Position numbers and translations under genes: made by a program. Shown in pieces: positions 13,601 through 26,439 of a DNA stretch of 64,000 nt. How positions within the stretch are numbered: position 1 is the stretch's first letter; every line of letters starts with the position of its first letter. The DNA comes from Eledone cirrhosa (Eukaryota). Where the stretch lies: positions 24,118,001-24,182,000 of the forward strand of contig OZ024748.1 of the NCBI GenBank assembly GCA_964016885.1. The letters are read 5' to 3'. The notes beneath the pieces were generated by a model. The model searched no databases, was not told where the DNA came from, and saw nothing but the letters and a program-made list of their open reading frames with translations.

Positions 13601-14257
13601 GAGGAAACCGTTGCACACGCATTGGTACACTGCTCGGGCGTAGCCGATCTGTGGGGCTATGTCGAACAACTGCTGTCAAGGGTGGGACCGATCCGGTTGA
13701 CCACCGAGTCTATTGTAATGATCAAGCCGCCTCCCCCCTTCAAAGATGAAGCAGAGGCGGTGTTTCTGTGCGTAATAGCCATGGCGAAAGAGGTTGTATG
13801 GTGGACGCGTCTGAAAGGACTGAGGTCAGGCACCTTTCTCTCTGGCCAACAACTGGTCCGTTTCTTCCGATATCATTTCGGAAGAAGGATCAGGATGGAG
13901 AGAGAGGTGCTGCACCCCAGTCGTTTTTATGAAAGGTGGGTGAAAGTGGCGAGAATGGCCCGTGTGAATGGGCCTTCTCTTTACATAAGCCTGTAGGTGG
14001 AAAAGAGGAAGGAACGAGGGAGCACCCCCTATCTGTGCTCCTGAGGAAAAGGGTTGCACACTTTTTTCGGGGGTGTGTGCGACCCCCCAAGGCGCCTCCT
14101 CTCTATTGAGGATTTTGTTAAAAATTTTATTTTTGTTATATCTTATTTTATTTTTATATTTTGTTATTGCCTCCTCCTTATTGAGGACGCCTTTTTGTGT
14201 AAACTCCCCCCTTTGTACTTGTCCCACTTTTGATGCCCTAGTGGCAAATAAAAGAAA
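10670..14257 (+). mobile_element. Tx1/L1-clade LINE, 5'-truncated copy with disrupted ORF2
   Basis: Near-identical to 16498-20087. TGG>TGA at 11008-11010 and a 2-bp deletion near 13025. (TATC)n on both flanks. Confidence 0.93.
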
Positions 14258-14506
14258 CTTATCTATCTATCTATATATCTATCTTCTACGATGGACACAT
14301 GTGCTGAGCTCGCTCGGTAAGTTTTTGTTTAAATTCATACGGAAATTGTAAACTGTAAACTTTCATTTTTGTACCATTTTGTAGAGGGACTGCCAGGTCA
14401 AATTTTGATCTGGTCGGTCTCTCAAAATATTCTGCGCCTTTGGGCGAAATAGTATTGTGAACATTTTATCTTTCGAAAAACTTCGAAAAACCCTATTTTG
14501 AGAAAA

Positions 14507-14686
14507 ATGGCTGAAGCATCTTCACCATCAATCAAAGAAGGAAAGGGGAAGTCATACTCACAGCTTCCCCCTGTCACTGTCACAGCAGCAGATGCCAAAG
14601 GCAGAGGTCAGAGAGAGGAAGAATTGTCTTCACCTGTTGACCGACCACTAGATGTAGCCACAACTACACAAGAATTTGAAAACAAC

Positions 14687-14717
<31 letters not shown>

Positions 14718-16332
14718 GCAACAATAAAGACAACAAAAACAACAACAACACAAACGTCACAAGTATCCACACACGAAACGAGAAAGACAACAACAACAAC
14801 AAAGATGAAAACAACTCAAACGACGAGAAACAAAACAATACTAATATCCAAAACGAAAACAAAATATCTTTTGCACAAACGGCTAAATTATCAGTCGCTT
14901 ATGTGCTGGAAGATATTTCAAAAGCAAAAGAAATGCTGGAAAAAGCCAAGAAATATGTGTCTTTTGGCGAAAACGGTTCGTTTTCTATACATTCACCTCC
15001 GGAGCTAAAAAGACAGACGGAATTACGAACTGTCGTATTCCGAACAATTTAAATAAAACAAAGAAACCAGCGCAACCATCTCAAGCGGAAATTCAGTTAG
15101 TCTTGAAAGACGCGATGAGAGACATCACTTTCATACAAAAGGATAAACTCTATGGGAGTTTATCCATATTGATGAAAGACGAATTGGCGGCAAAAAAATA
15201 CTCTGTGTCGCCAATTCGGTCCACACACTACACCTTCTTCCCCACCTACATGGGTAAAAAAACCCAGAGGATATGGATAACCACCATCACCCCAAACATA
15301 AACTACTGGTGGTTACTAACCGGTTTCCTCAATTTAGACGAGGACAACCTCATCTCAATAGGGAAGGCATCCGGCGACGCGTTCAGTGGAACGAGCCTCG
15401 AAGTTCTGACCCAAATAAGGCCAGAACGCATCGCCCAAATCCCTGAGCGCGTCATGCTGGATGACCGTACCCACCTCAACATTATTGTGGAGGGTAGGCG
15501 TCCCTCCTGTTACCTCTGTGGCAATAGAGGCCACCTGAGGGCTGCCTGTCCCCAGCTCACACAGAAAAAAACACTGCTACCAACACCAACACCACCCCAA
15601 CTACAGCAACAAAAACAACCACAACAACAACAAAAACCAACAACCCCACCACCACCACCACAACAACAACAACAACAAACACGTGAAAAAATAACACAGA
15701 ATACTGTCCCACCCAATCCCTCCCCACCCAAAACAAATACAAAAACACGCACACCGCAAACACTACCAGAAAACATACCCCTCCCACCCAACAAGGAAGA
15801 CGAACCTCTTTCGTCGCAAGACGAAAAAGATCCCTTCCAACAAGTAAAAAGAAAGAAGAGGAGACGCACCACAGACACACATGTTAACTTTAATCCCCCC
15901 CAAGAGAACACAAACTACACACAAACCACCCCTCCCTGTCACACAACACTAACTGCTACACAAAAAAAGACCTTACAATACACATACATGAACACAGACA
16001 ACAAAGAATTACGGAAAACAATTTCAGCAAACCCTTCGGTCCAAACTGAAGGGCCAAACTTTATAACTGCTGTGGGACTACCTCATTTGAAAATGATAAA
16101 AGTCCCAATGCACTTGTACAAAACACTGAAAATAAATTTCACGGAGGACGTGCCCCCCCCCCCCCCCCTGCGCCAAACCAATCAACCGCGTCCTCCTAAA
16201 AAATGTCACCCCCCCCCACCCAGACACCCACTCAACGACAAACACCCCAACCCCACAACACACCGATGCCCCTTCACTTCCACAAACCACAACCCCACCC
16301 AACAACCCATCCCCAACCAGCATGGAAATTGA
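14507..16332 (+). pseudogene. LINE ORF1 (gag-like, CCHC zinc knuckle), split by one frameshift near 15049
   Basis: CYLCGNRGHLRAAC (CX2CX4HX4C), N/Q/P-rich regions and basic QQVKRKKRR. The frame of the 15103 ORF stays open back to about 15040 and overlaps the end of the first ORF. Confidence 0.8.
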
Positions 16333-16387
16333 GCGGCCCGTTTCCCGGGACGCAGAGAGGTAAGTGCCTTTTCTCTTTACCACCAAC

Positions 16388-19300
16388 ATGGCTGTGCTAA
16401 GAGTAGGGTGTCTAAATGCGCGTGGCCTGGGCTCGTCTTGGAAGCAAGCAATGCTTCTAAATGACCTCAGGTCACAATCTATAAATGTGATGGTTATCTG
16501 CGAGGCCCGGATCAGCAGCATGCGACAGCTAGCCCCCACCTTTGACGACTTTGAGATGCACGCATCTCTCTGTCAGCCCGGAGGTGGGGGTGGGGTTGTC
16601 GTTCTGCTGCAAAAACATATGGGCCTTGCAACACAGATAGTTCACTTGGACCCAGGGGGTCGACTGGTGGTGCTGGACCTTGGCAGTGGTGAAGGTAGAG
16701 CCTTTAGGCTGATAGCCGCATATGCCCCTTTTGGGACAGAGCGGCCCGACTTTTTCCAGCGTCTGGAGTCTTTTCTAGGGACGTCCCGTTCCCTGCTTTT
16801 AGTGAGGGATTGGAATGGTATCCTGGATGCACGTTGGGACTATGCAGGGGCATGTCCCGATAGAGAGGGGTGCAACAGCCTCAAGGGGTTACTCGGCCGA
16901 TTTGACCTGGCCGATAGATTTCGACTAGATTTTCCGACGGTGCCAACCTGGTCTTGGTCAAATCGCAGCGGATCATCTAGATCGTACCTAGATAGATTTT
17001 TAGTTAGAAATAAGGACAGGGACTTTTTAAGCTGTCCAGAAATGCTCATGGTTGGCTATTCAGACCACAAGTTGGTGACCTGCATGGTCAACCTTGATAG
17101 AACGCATAGACAGGGCCCCGGTTACTGGAAGCTCAACTTGTCCTTGCCGGCAAGTAGAGCCTACAGGAATCGGATTAGTACGTTAGTTAAGGAACGGTTG
17201 ACTGGAGCGATCGTCAACAGCAGGTGGTGGGTATCTCTAAAGAGAGAGATTAGAGTAGTCTCGATTGAATTTAGTAAGGTTCTAGCTGCGGATAGGAATA
17301 GGAAGGAAAGGGAGCTAATAGATAGAGTAGAAGAGGCAATTAGAAACGGCGACGTGGCCAGAGTGCTAGCGTCGAGAACGGCTTTGAGCCAGTTTTTCGA
17401 CGCGAAGCACGAAGGTTGCGTTGTCCGAAGTAAAATACGTGCTCTAGGGAACGAGGGGACCAAAGCTGTTAGCTGGGCCCGCGTGACAGAGGCCAACAGT
17501 GGAACTAAATCCACCATCCGGTCTTTGCGAGACCTGGATGGACGGGCGATTCTTGAGCCTAAGCAGATGTGTGAGGCCTTTCAAAGGCACTTTGCCCGAC
17601 TGTTCGGGAGGGGCGGGGAGCCGGTTGGGAACGTGGACTTCGGTCCATACCTCGACGGCCTGCCGCGCCTCTCGGACAGGGAGGGGAAGTCCTGCGAGGA
17701 GCCGATTTCGGCCGCTGAGATAGAGGACGTGCTGAGCCAATGCGGCAAACGCAAATCCCCGGGTCTCGATGGTCTTCCTTACGAATTATATCTAGCTATG
17801 CCGGACTTGTTCCCCGATCTCCTCGAGGCGGTCTACTGCAACTGGCAACAGAACGGGAGAATTCCCTGTACTGTGACCAAGGGCGTAGTCACGCTAGTGA
17901 GGAAGGACGAGAACAAGGGGGACGAAATAAGTAACTTCAGGCCCATAACTCTGCTAAATACAGAGTTACAGATTTTGGCCAAGGTGCTAGCAAAGAGGTT
18001 GGCGCTTGTCGTGGGCAACCTGGTGGGAGATGCGCAGACATGCGCTATCCCGTCCAGGTCCATCCATGACAACCTCCACCTCATGCGATACATCATAGAG
18101 AGGGTTGGGAACGAACCCGGCTTTGGTGGGGCTCTGATCAACTTGGATCAATCTAAGGCGTTCGATAGGGTCGACCATGGTTACCTGGATGCGGTGCTAG
18201 CGGCGGCAGGCTTCGGACCCGTTTTCAGGGGCTGGATCACTGCTATGCACAGCAGCCGCATCTGCTCTAGGGTCAAGGTGAACGGCTACCTCTCGGAGCC
18301 GTTCAAAATCGCGCGGTCCATCCGACAAGGGTGCCCTCTCTCCTCCCTTCTGTATGTGTTGACTCTCGAGCCACTACTGCGGAAGTTGGAGTTGTTGCAG
18401 GGCATCCCTTTGGAATCGGGATTGCGGAAAGCGGTGTCAGCCTACGCCGATGATGTGACAGTAATGGTGTCGACGGCCTCCGAAATCGAGGCGGTTGGCA
18501 CCTTACTGGAGGAGTACGAAAAGTTCACAGGGGCTAAGCTGAACCGGGACAAGTCGATCGGTTTGCAACTCGGCACGTGGAGGGGCAGACCGATGCCCTC
18601 TGATGGCGTCGTCGGACGCTGGACGGAGGGCCCGGTGAAGTTGCTCGGGGTCTGGTTCGGACCGGACCTCCAGGTGGAGAAAAACTGGGCGGAGGTTACG
18701 AACAGGGTGTTTGCACTGACCCAGAAGTGGGCCAGTTGCAAACTATCCCTGAAAGGTCGGGCGGAGGTGGCGAACACTTATATAGCGTCCGTCATCTACT
18801 ACCGCCTGACCGTAGTGCCCTGCCCAAGGGAAACCCTCACCAAGATGGAGCGCGCGCTCTTCCAATTCCTTTGGAAGAGGCGGGCTCCTATGGTGAGGAG
18901 ATCCATCTGCTGTCAACACCCTTCGAAAGGAGGGCTGGGGATGCCGTGGCTAATGATGCGTAAACACGCATTAAGGCTACGGCACCTCTACGTATTCCTC
19001 ACCGGACAACCGGTGTGGGCCTCGTTTGTGAGACGAACCTTTCCCAGACTCGTCTCACTCACCGAGCTGCAATCCTGGGTCAAGCAAAGACCGAGAAAAC
19101 TGGGCGCCTGGCACACTGAGTGTGCCCAGGCGCTCACCGCCCTCTGGCAGGCGGATCCGGTTATCAGTGGAGACTCCACCGCAACATTCTATAGAGGGCT
19201 GGTACGCAGCAGGTGCGACGACGCCCTCGGAGAAGCCCTAGACATGGAGGAGGACGAACTGGCCAGCCTGTTCGGTAGGACATTCAGCCCGGGACCTATG

Positions 19301-19825
19301 GACAACTTCCAGAAGTCCCTGGCCTGGCAGTGCTACCGAGGGGCTTTACCCGTTCGAGAAAGGCTCTACAGACACGGGCGCCCGGGTAGGGACCCCGCCA
19401 AAAAGATCTGTCCCAGATGCGTGTGCGACGAGGAAACCGTTGCACACGCATTGGTACACTGCCCGGGCGTAGCCGATCTGTGGGGCTATGTCGAACAACT
19501 GCTGTCAAGGGTGGGACCGATCCGGTTGACCACCGAGTCTATTGTAATGATCAAGCCGCCTCCCCCCTTCAAAGATGAAGCAGAGGCGGTGTTTCTGTGC
19601 GTAATAGCCATGGCGAAAGAGGTTGTATGGTGGACGCGTCTGAAAGGACTGAGGTCAGGCACCTTTCTCTCTGGCCAACAACTGGTCCGTTTCTTCCGAT
19701 ATCATTTCGGAAGAAGGATCAGGATGGAGAGAGAGGTGCTGCACCCCAGTCGTTTTTATGAAAGATGGGTGAAAGTGGCGAGAATGGCCCGTGTGAATGG
19801 GCCTTCTCTTTACATAAGCCTGTAG
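16388..19825 (+). CDS. LINE ORF2: APE endonuclease, reverse transcriptase and C-terminal zinc finger
   Basis: LNARG, E, (G>R)DWN, SYLDR and SDH (endonuclease). SPGLDG, FRPITLLN, DQSKAFD, QGCPLS and YADD (RT). CPRC..ET..H...C (zinc finger). First ATG at 16388. Confidence 0.95.
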   Translation: MAVLRVGCLNARGLGSSWKQAMLLNDLRSQSINVMVICEARISSMRQLAPTFDDFEMHASLCQPGGGGGVVVLLQKHMGLATQIVHLDPGGRLVVLDLGSGEGRAFRLIAAYAPFGTERPDFFQRLESFLGTSRSLLLVRDWNGILDARWDYAGACPDREGCNSLKGLLGRFDLADRFRLDFPTVPTWSWSNRSGSSRSYLDRFLVRNKDRDFLSCPEMLMVGYSDHKLVTCMVNLDRTHRQGPGYWKLNLSLPASRAYRNRISTLVKERLTGAIVNSRWWVSLKREIRVVSIEFSKVLAADRNRKERELIDRVEEAIRNGDVARVLASRTALSQFFDAKHEGCVVRSKIRALGNEGTKAVSWARVTEANSGTKSTIRSLRDLDGRAILEPKQMCEAFQRHFARLFGRGGEPVGNVDFGPYLDGLPRLSDREGKSCEEPISAAEIEDVLSQCGKRKSPGLDGLPYELYLAMPDLFPDLLEAVYCNWQQNGRIPCTVTKGVVTLVRKDENKGDEISNFRPITLLNTELQILAKVLAKRLALVVGNLVGDAQTCAIPSRSIHDNLHLMRYIIERVGNEPGFGGALINLDQSKAFDRVDHGYLDAVLAAAGFGPVFRGWITAMHSSRICSRVKVNGYLSEPFKIARSIRQGCPLSSLLYVLTLEPLLRKLELLQGIPLESGLRKAVSAYADDVTVMVSTASEIEAVGTLLEEYEKFTGAKLNRDKSIGLQLGTWRGRPMPSDGVVGRWTEGPVKLLGVWFGPDLQVEKNWAEVTNRVFALTQKWASCKLSLKGRAEVANTYIASVIYYRLTVVPCPRETLTKMERALFQFLWKRRAPMVRRSICCQHPSKGGLGMPWLMMRKHALRLRHLYVFLTGQPVWASFVRRTFPRLVSLTELQSWVKQRPRKLGAWHTECAQALTALWQADPVISGDSTATFYRGLVRSRCDDALGEALDMEEDELASLFGRTFSPGPMDNFQKSLAWQCYRGALPVRERLYRHGRPGRDPAKKICPRCVCDEETVAHALVHCPGVADLWGYVEQLLSRVGPIRLTTESIVMIKPPPPFKDEAEAVFLCVIAMAKEVVWWTRLKGLRSGTFLSGQQLVRFFRYHFGRRIRMEREVLHPSRFYERWVKVARMARVNGPSLYISL

Positions 19826-20249
19826 GTGGAAAAGAGGAAGGAACGAGGGAGCACCCCCTCTCTGTGCTCCTGAGGAAAAGGGTTGCACACTTTTTTCGGG
19901 GGTGTGTGCGACCCCCCAAGGCGCCTCCTCTCTATTGAGGATTTTGTTAAAAATTTTATTTTTTGTTATATCTTATTTTATTTTTATATTTTGTTATTGC
20001 CTCCTCCTTATTGAGGACGCCTTTTTGTGTAAACTCCCCCCTTTGTACTTGTCCCACTTTTGATGCCCTGGTGGCAAATAAAAGAAACATATCTATCTAT
20101 CTATATATCTATCAATCTATCTATCTATTTATCAATTCACCTGTTTCTCTCTTTCTCCCGCCCCGCTATCTCTCTCTCTCTATATATATATATATCAATC
20201 TATCCATCTATCCATCTCTATCTCTGTATATGTATATATATATATATAC

Positions 20250-20365
<116 letters not shown>

Positions 20366-21414
20366 GTATATACATATAACATTTTGTTTTACTAACCTGA
20401 TTTCCTAGGGATTTTATTATTTGAAGGCTTGCATATTGTATGAAGCAGTTTACACATTTTAAAAACTCATAGGAAATTTTCCCATAAACACATTGTTTCC
20501 TTAATTCTCTAAGGGACTATTACTTTTAATTTTTATTTTTTCATAATTCCGCTTAAGAATAATTATATGGTTGTTATTATATATAACTGATGTAATATAA
20601 TTCGTTCGTTTTTAGTTACACACATATAGAATGTTTTGTTGACATATTTTTTTTATTCACTCAGGGGTCTATTTTCTTTATTGCACCGTTTTATATGGTC
20701 TCCGATTTGCACACCATCTTTAATTTCTTGAACCTAAATAAATCTCTTTTGTTGCACATACTGCATATTACTTTCAGTAACAACGCAAACTGATAGTTTA
20801 TTCACATGAGAAACCACCATGCGAAATATTCTGTTTATTACCTCTGTTTTATTTGTTCTTCCTTTACATAGATCTGCGACATATATATCGTGGAAGAGAT
20901 TGCTTTGTGGTGTTTGCTCTAACCATCGAATTCCGTCGGGGACAATATTACTTGTCATCCTTTCAAGTTCGATAAAATCAAGTACCAGTCACGTACTGGA
21001 ATATATTCTTCCTTTATATCTCTTTCTCACTTACTCTCAATTAACCTATCCCTCCTTTCTTCACTAGAGGAAGTCTGGAAAGAAGATGGGCTCCGCCAAT
21101 TTTAAAGTGCTCAAGAAACGCCGTGTATGATGACACCACTTTTACGATTCAACCAAGAGTTACGGATACATACATATATACATAAATACATACACGATGG
21201 CTGCAAACTCTGCTAAGAGTACTGCAATCGCTTGTCAGATTATAGAGTTTGGTGCACTTTTAGGCTACGGCCAGCCACACAAACCTGTAACATATCCTGA
21301 ACCAGCAATGCCTGTGCTTTGAAGGTTTTTTAAGTAGGTAAAGGCCTACATTCATACATACATACATACATACATACATACATACATACATACATACATA
21401 CATACATACATACA

Positions 21415-21850
21415 TGGTGGCTGCCAACTCGTTTTCGAGTACGGCCACTACTTTATATCCATGTAGGAGAACCCCTACCGATGCGCTGAACGAGTGTGAC
21501 TTTTTAGTCCAGCCAGCGACTTGAAAACTCTGGTACAAACACTACACTTGTGACAATTATTGACACATAGTGCTGGGCCCATGGTACCATGTGACGACAA
21601 GTGCAGAGAGATCTCCAGATATAAAGCAATGCCTGTGCCGTGAAGCTTTTATAGTGAGCAATGGCATTGCACAAAGCCAGTCCCACTCTCTTAACCAAGA
21701 TGATATTTACCAAAAAGAAGAACAAGTCAACATCATTGGATACCATCAGGGTTGCAGGTGTTATATCAGAGTTTTCCTTCTCCTAGAATTCTGCATTGAC
21801 AAATGCTAAGGGGTCATCTCTCCCGGTGATTTTGGATGGCCAATGACTCA
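21415..21850 (-). mobile_element. Third copy of the RTE-derived element
   Basis: Near-identical to 2607-3040. Related fragments at 21196-21350 and 53797-53943. Confidence 0.65.
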
Positions 21851-21993
21851 TACATACATACATACATGCGTACATAAATTAGATGTTACCAAAAATTCAT
21901 TGATGCTCTCACCAGGAAGCTTCCCTTCCAGCATTTTGACAGTGAGATCACCAGGATTTCATGGCTGATCTTTGTTTCCATCGTTCTACTCAC

Positions 21994-22103
21994 GAAGAGC
22001 CGCCATCGCGTTGGTCTTTGGTGTTTTTGCTCTCCACACCAAGAGAGTGACCATTATTCCGAAAGTCATCCAACTTTCTCACCGAATCCGCGGGGATTTG
22101 AAG
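21994..22103 (-). CDS. Possible host exon (LQIPADSVRKLDDFRNNGHSLGVESKNTKDQRDGGS...)
   Basis: Pyrimidine tract plus AG acceptor (tttttctatttctcattaaag), an open frame of raised GC, then a GTGAGT donor that also contains an in-frame TGA. No recognisable domain. Confidence 0.3.
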
Positions 22104-24105
22104 CTTTAATGAGAAATAGAAAAATAAGCATCTTGACATTTTATCTGTAATTATCATATCAATATTATTAACCAGGACTCTAATCTCATCTATTTAACGT
22201 TTAATAATTTTTATAACACCCATGTTAAATTTATTTTAAGTTACTTGGGTATTTAGCTAACGAGATTTAACTCACATTACCTGGTAGTTATTTGTGTTTT
22301 ACGTATATTCTGAATAAATGTGAGTTTATCGTAAGCTAATCCCATTTAAAACTAAACAAAATGTTCTATTTGTATTCCAATAAAAATAGATCAATATAAC
22401 ATTATTTCTCTTTTATTTTTTAATTGCTTCTTACTAATGATATATTCCCTATACATACAGGATAAAAATTCTTATTTGTGTTTTTCTCTTCATATTTTTT
22501 CGAAAATACTTATTTCCTCTAGCATAATTCATTTCTATTCTAACTTCCATTAACTAGTAATTATTTATATCATATGAAATAAAATCAACTTCACTTTTAA
22601 TAGTAATCTATTTCTATTTTTTACAACTCATACACAGGCATCCGAGCTCTCCAGTTACCAACAATTTAGATTATAGGATTCTTAATAAATTTCTATTACC
22701 TATATACGCTTCAATTTCATTTTCATTAAGTATTTTTATAATACTTAATAGTATATTCATTGTTTTTAAGAATATACTGATTTACAAAATTAATAATAAA
22801 CGTTGGTTATTATTTTTCTTGCTAAAATGTAAGTACAACTAAAATTATTTAACTTTAAAGATAAAAATAAGCTGTTTATAGACATTTACTATATACTAAC
22901 AGGCATCTGCATCCCATACGATTGTCTGATCAGGATCGACCTGAATCTGTCTACACTACCAAAATTAAGCAATGTGATATAGAACTTCTTATTCGGGCAA
23001 ATATAAGATTAAGCAAGAACAGCAATCATAATTTTTCCGGGCCAATGAGGAGATCTCTATGCGGGTGCTCGACTGACTAGAGATAACAGCCAAATCTCCC
23101 ACATATCGCATCTTTCTAAGAAAAAAATAAAAAAGAAAGAAGGTGGTTCCTGATATACAAAATAATAAAAATTTATGTGACCATGAATAGAACGTCTATG
23201 AACCTAAGTTTACTTGATCAGAGCTGACTTTGTGCTAAAAAAACAACTTAGATTGTAACTTGCTTGTGAAAGGCATGAACAACACAACATCACATCATAT
23301 GTAACAATGGTTTCTCAACTCACGGTGCACTTTAGAACAAAATTATTTCGACGCATTTGGGCCTAAATTCGAAAAAATTATTCCAAAGAGGTATTTGTAA
23401 CATAAAATAGAAATGTATCAGTATGGACCCATAACTCCTGATTTAGTGTGTGTGGGGGGGGGGGGGGGGCAGATTGGAATAGGCATTTTAAACCTGACTG
23501 AGCCCATCTCTCTCCATGTCTGAACACAGTCGATTTCTTCCGGAGAATAGTGAGAAAATCATAATGAATAATAGACCCCAGTACTGGACTGGTACTATAT
23601 TTATCCACCTCAAAAGGATGAAAGGCAAAAGTTGGCCTGGATAGGGTTTCAACTCTGACATTTTAATGACTACCAAGTCAGCGTATGTAACAATGGCGTC
23701 CCCCTACGACGCCGACGAGAGTTAAGTGCCCATGGTATGACGTTGTTTCATTAAGTCAGATAAGAAAAACAAGTTGATTGCAAGAAACAGTGTGGCTTAA
23801 AATAAATAGAAAATGAAGTCAAGCAGACGCAGGTGCACCGTTCTCTTCACTGGCAGTTTAGCTTTAATTAAGGTAGAACTAAAACTGTGTGCACGTGTGC
23901 GTGTGTGTTTCTTTGTATGCGTGTGAGTGTGTATATGTGTGTATGAAAATATGTGTATGTATTTCTTGCATATAGAAGGTTTTACAACTGTGTGCGTATG
24001 TGCCTCCATGAGTATGTATACTGATGTGCTTATATATATATATTTATTTATATATTTATATATTTATATATTTATATATATATATATATATACACACATA
24101 TATAC

Positions 24106-24152
<47 letters not shown>

Positions 24153-24217
24153 TACATATATATAAATATATATATATGTGTGTATGTGTGTGAGTGAGTG
24201 TATATATATAAATATAA

Positions 24218-24248
<31 letters not shown>

Positions 24249-24289
24249 CACTCACACACACATACATATATATATATGTGTGTGTGTGT

Positions 24290-24372
<83 letters not shown>

Positions 24373-24491
24373 TTACTCCCCCTGCTCTGCGGCAATAACA
24401 ACACATGTACTTAAGCGAAGAATGAACTCTGGTGTGAATTTAACATTAAAACCCCTCCTGGGTCGCGTACTGATCATTTTTTTTGTTTTCT

Positions 24492-24536
24492 ATGCCATTG
24501 AGAAGCCCGTTCTGGGCGAAACGTACGTAGGTGCAT
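24492..24536 (+). ncRNA. Minimal hammerhead motif, U3-A8 core variant
   Basis: TTGAGAA-gccc-gttct-gggc-GAAA-cgtacg-TA. Palindromic stem III, imperfect stem I. Confidence 0.6.
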
Positions 24537-24570
24537 TGTTATATAAACATGTTTTAACGGTATATACTCC

Positions 24571-25109
24571 TGTGAATTTCGTATATCTAAATATAAACGT
24601 TATGTTTATAAATAAATATTCTGAAAACCACACCTATGAATGGAACACTGGCGGTCAGCGCAACCGAGTGGTGTCCAGCAGAAGCAAGGGGAACAACCGT
24701 CGATGCATTTCATACTTCAATGGGTCTCATCAGGACGATGCTTCACTCTCGCTACTGCCGGACGTGTATACAGCTATGTCGAAGATAAATTCTAATTCTA
24801 TTTTAAGTGGAGCCAATTTATACATATTCGTATGCAAATGAGGTTAATCACCCCATTTACACAGACGAAAAAAAATATTTTCGCCTGTTTTCGCCTATTT
24901 TCACCTATTTTCGCCTATTTTCGGCAGTAGCGAGAGGGAAGCATCGTTCTAACGAGAACCATTTAAGTTCAAAATGCATCGACGGTTATCGCGTTGTTCT
25001 GCCGGACACCACTACGTAGCGCTGGCCGCCAGTATTCTATTCATAGCTGTGACTTTCAGAATATTTATTTATAAACATCCCGTATATCTTTAGATATACG
25101 AAATTCACA
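24571..25109. mobile_element. MITE-like or fold-back element with about 140-bp imperfect inverted repeats
   Basis: tgtgaatttcgtatatctaaa...accgtcgatgcattt versus aaatgcatcgacggt...tttagatatacgaaattcaca. Confidence 0.7.
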
Positions 25110-26290
25110 TACATACTTGAATAGAGCTCTGTCGAAACTAAATTCTAATTATATATATATATATATATAAGATGATGTCTGAGATTTAGTGTAGACGTGT
25201 AGTTTAGAGTTTTACTTTGATTTTCTGAGTTTACTGTTTAAGAGTTGAGTCACTCGACCGTCTTATTTCGTGGTTAGCTTCTCGTTTGTTACACATATAG
25301 CAGATCTATTTACCTTCAGGTTTGAGCAATTGTCGCCCTTATTTACACACACACACACATAAGGAACACACACATATACACACACATACACTCTCACACT
25401 CACACACACACAAACTCTCTCTCACAATCACACACACACGCACACTCACACACTCACACACACGCTCGCACACTCACACTTACACACACACACACGCTTC
25501 TCGTTTGTTACACATATATCAGATCTATTTACCTTCAGGCTTGAGCAATTGTCGCCCTTATTTACACACACACACACACATACACACACACACATACACA
25601 CACACACATACACACACACACATACACACACACACATACACACACACATATACTGTATATATATATAACGAGCTGATATTGAGAGAGGGGAGATTGAATT
25701 TGTATGCATGTATATGTATGTATATTTGTATGTACGAATGCATGCGTACGTGTGTATATATATATATATATACCAGTTTATATAGGTGTGTTTGTATATA
25801 TACCAGTTTATGTAGGTGTGTGGCACAAAGCATTAAATTGCCATAATATAACAATATTAATTAGTGAATAGAGTTGTATATCTCGTTCATCCGCAAATGT
25901 ATTGAGTATATGGGAACCAGTGGGGGGGGGGGGGGGAGGGAGGTAGGGGTATAAGCCGATTGGAGGATTGCAATAAAAGAAACACGAGGAAACAAAACCA
26001 AATACGAGCGCAACGCAATAACGTGAACGTTTGTTTCAATAGATGCTGCCATTAGCCGCCATTATCAATATGGCTACCACTATGTTAACTGGATTGACTA
26101 CAGTAACAGGATGAGATTTTATTCTTTCCCCACACAAAAAAATGCACTCATAATTCACACACAAAACACACACAAACAGGCGCACGTTATCTGACATACG
26201 AATTCATGCATATATACATGTATATGTATACATACTTCTCCCCCTCTCTCACTCCCTGTCTCTCTCTCTCTCCCGCACACACACACACAT

Positions 26291-26342
<52 letters not shown>

Positions 26343-26439
26343 ACATGTACATATTTGTATGCATGACTGAATGTGTGTTTCAAAATGAAAGAAAAGAGTA
26401 TTAAACACATGATGTTGATTTTATATTAACTGGAAAACA

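Larger units (their letters stand above)
14285..20087 (+). mobile_element. Apparently full-length Tx1/L1-clade LINE
   Basis: 5'UTR, ORF1 with zinc knuckle, ORF2 EN-RT-ZnF, and 3'UTR ending aataaaagaaac. Flanked by (TATC)n. Confidence 0.93.

Noticed and set aside
20734-20958. 74-aa minus-strand ORF as a host exon
   Set aside because: No recognisable motif or clear splice sites, and an in-frame stop interrupts the longer reading.
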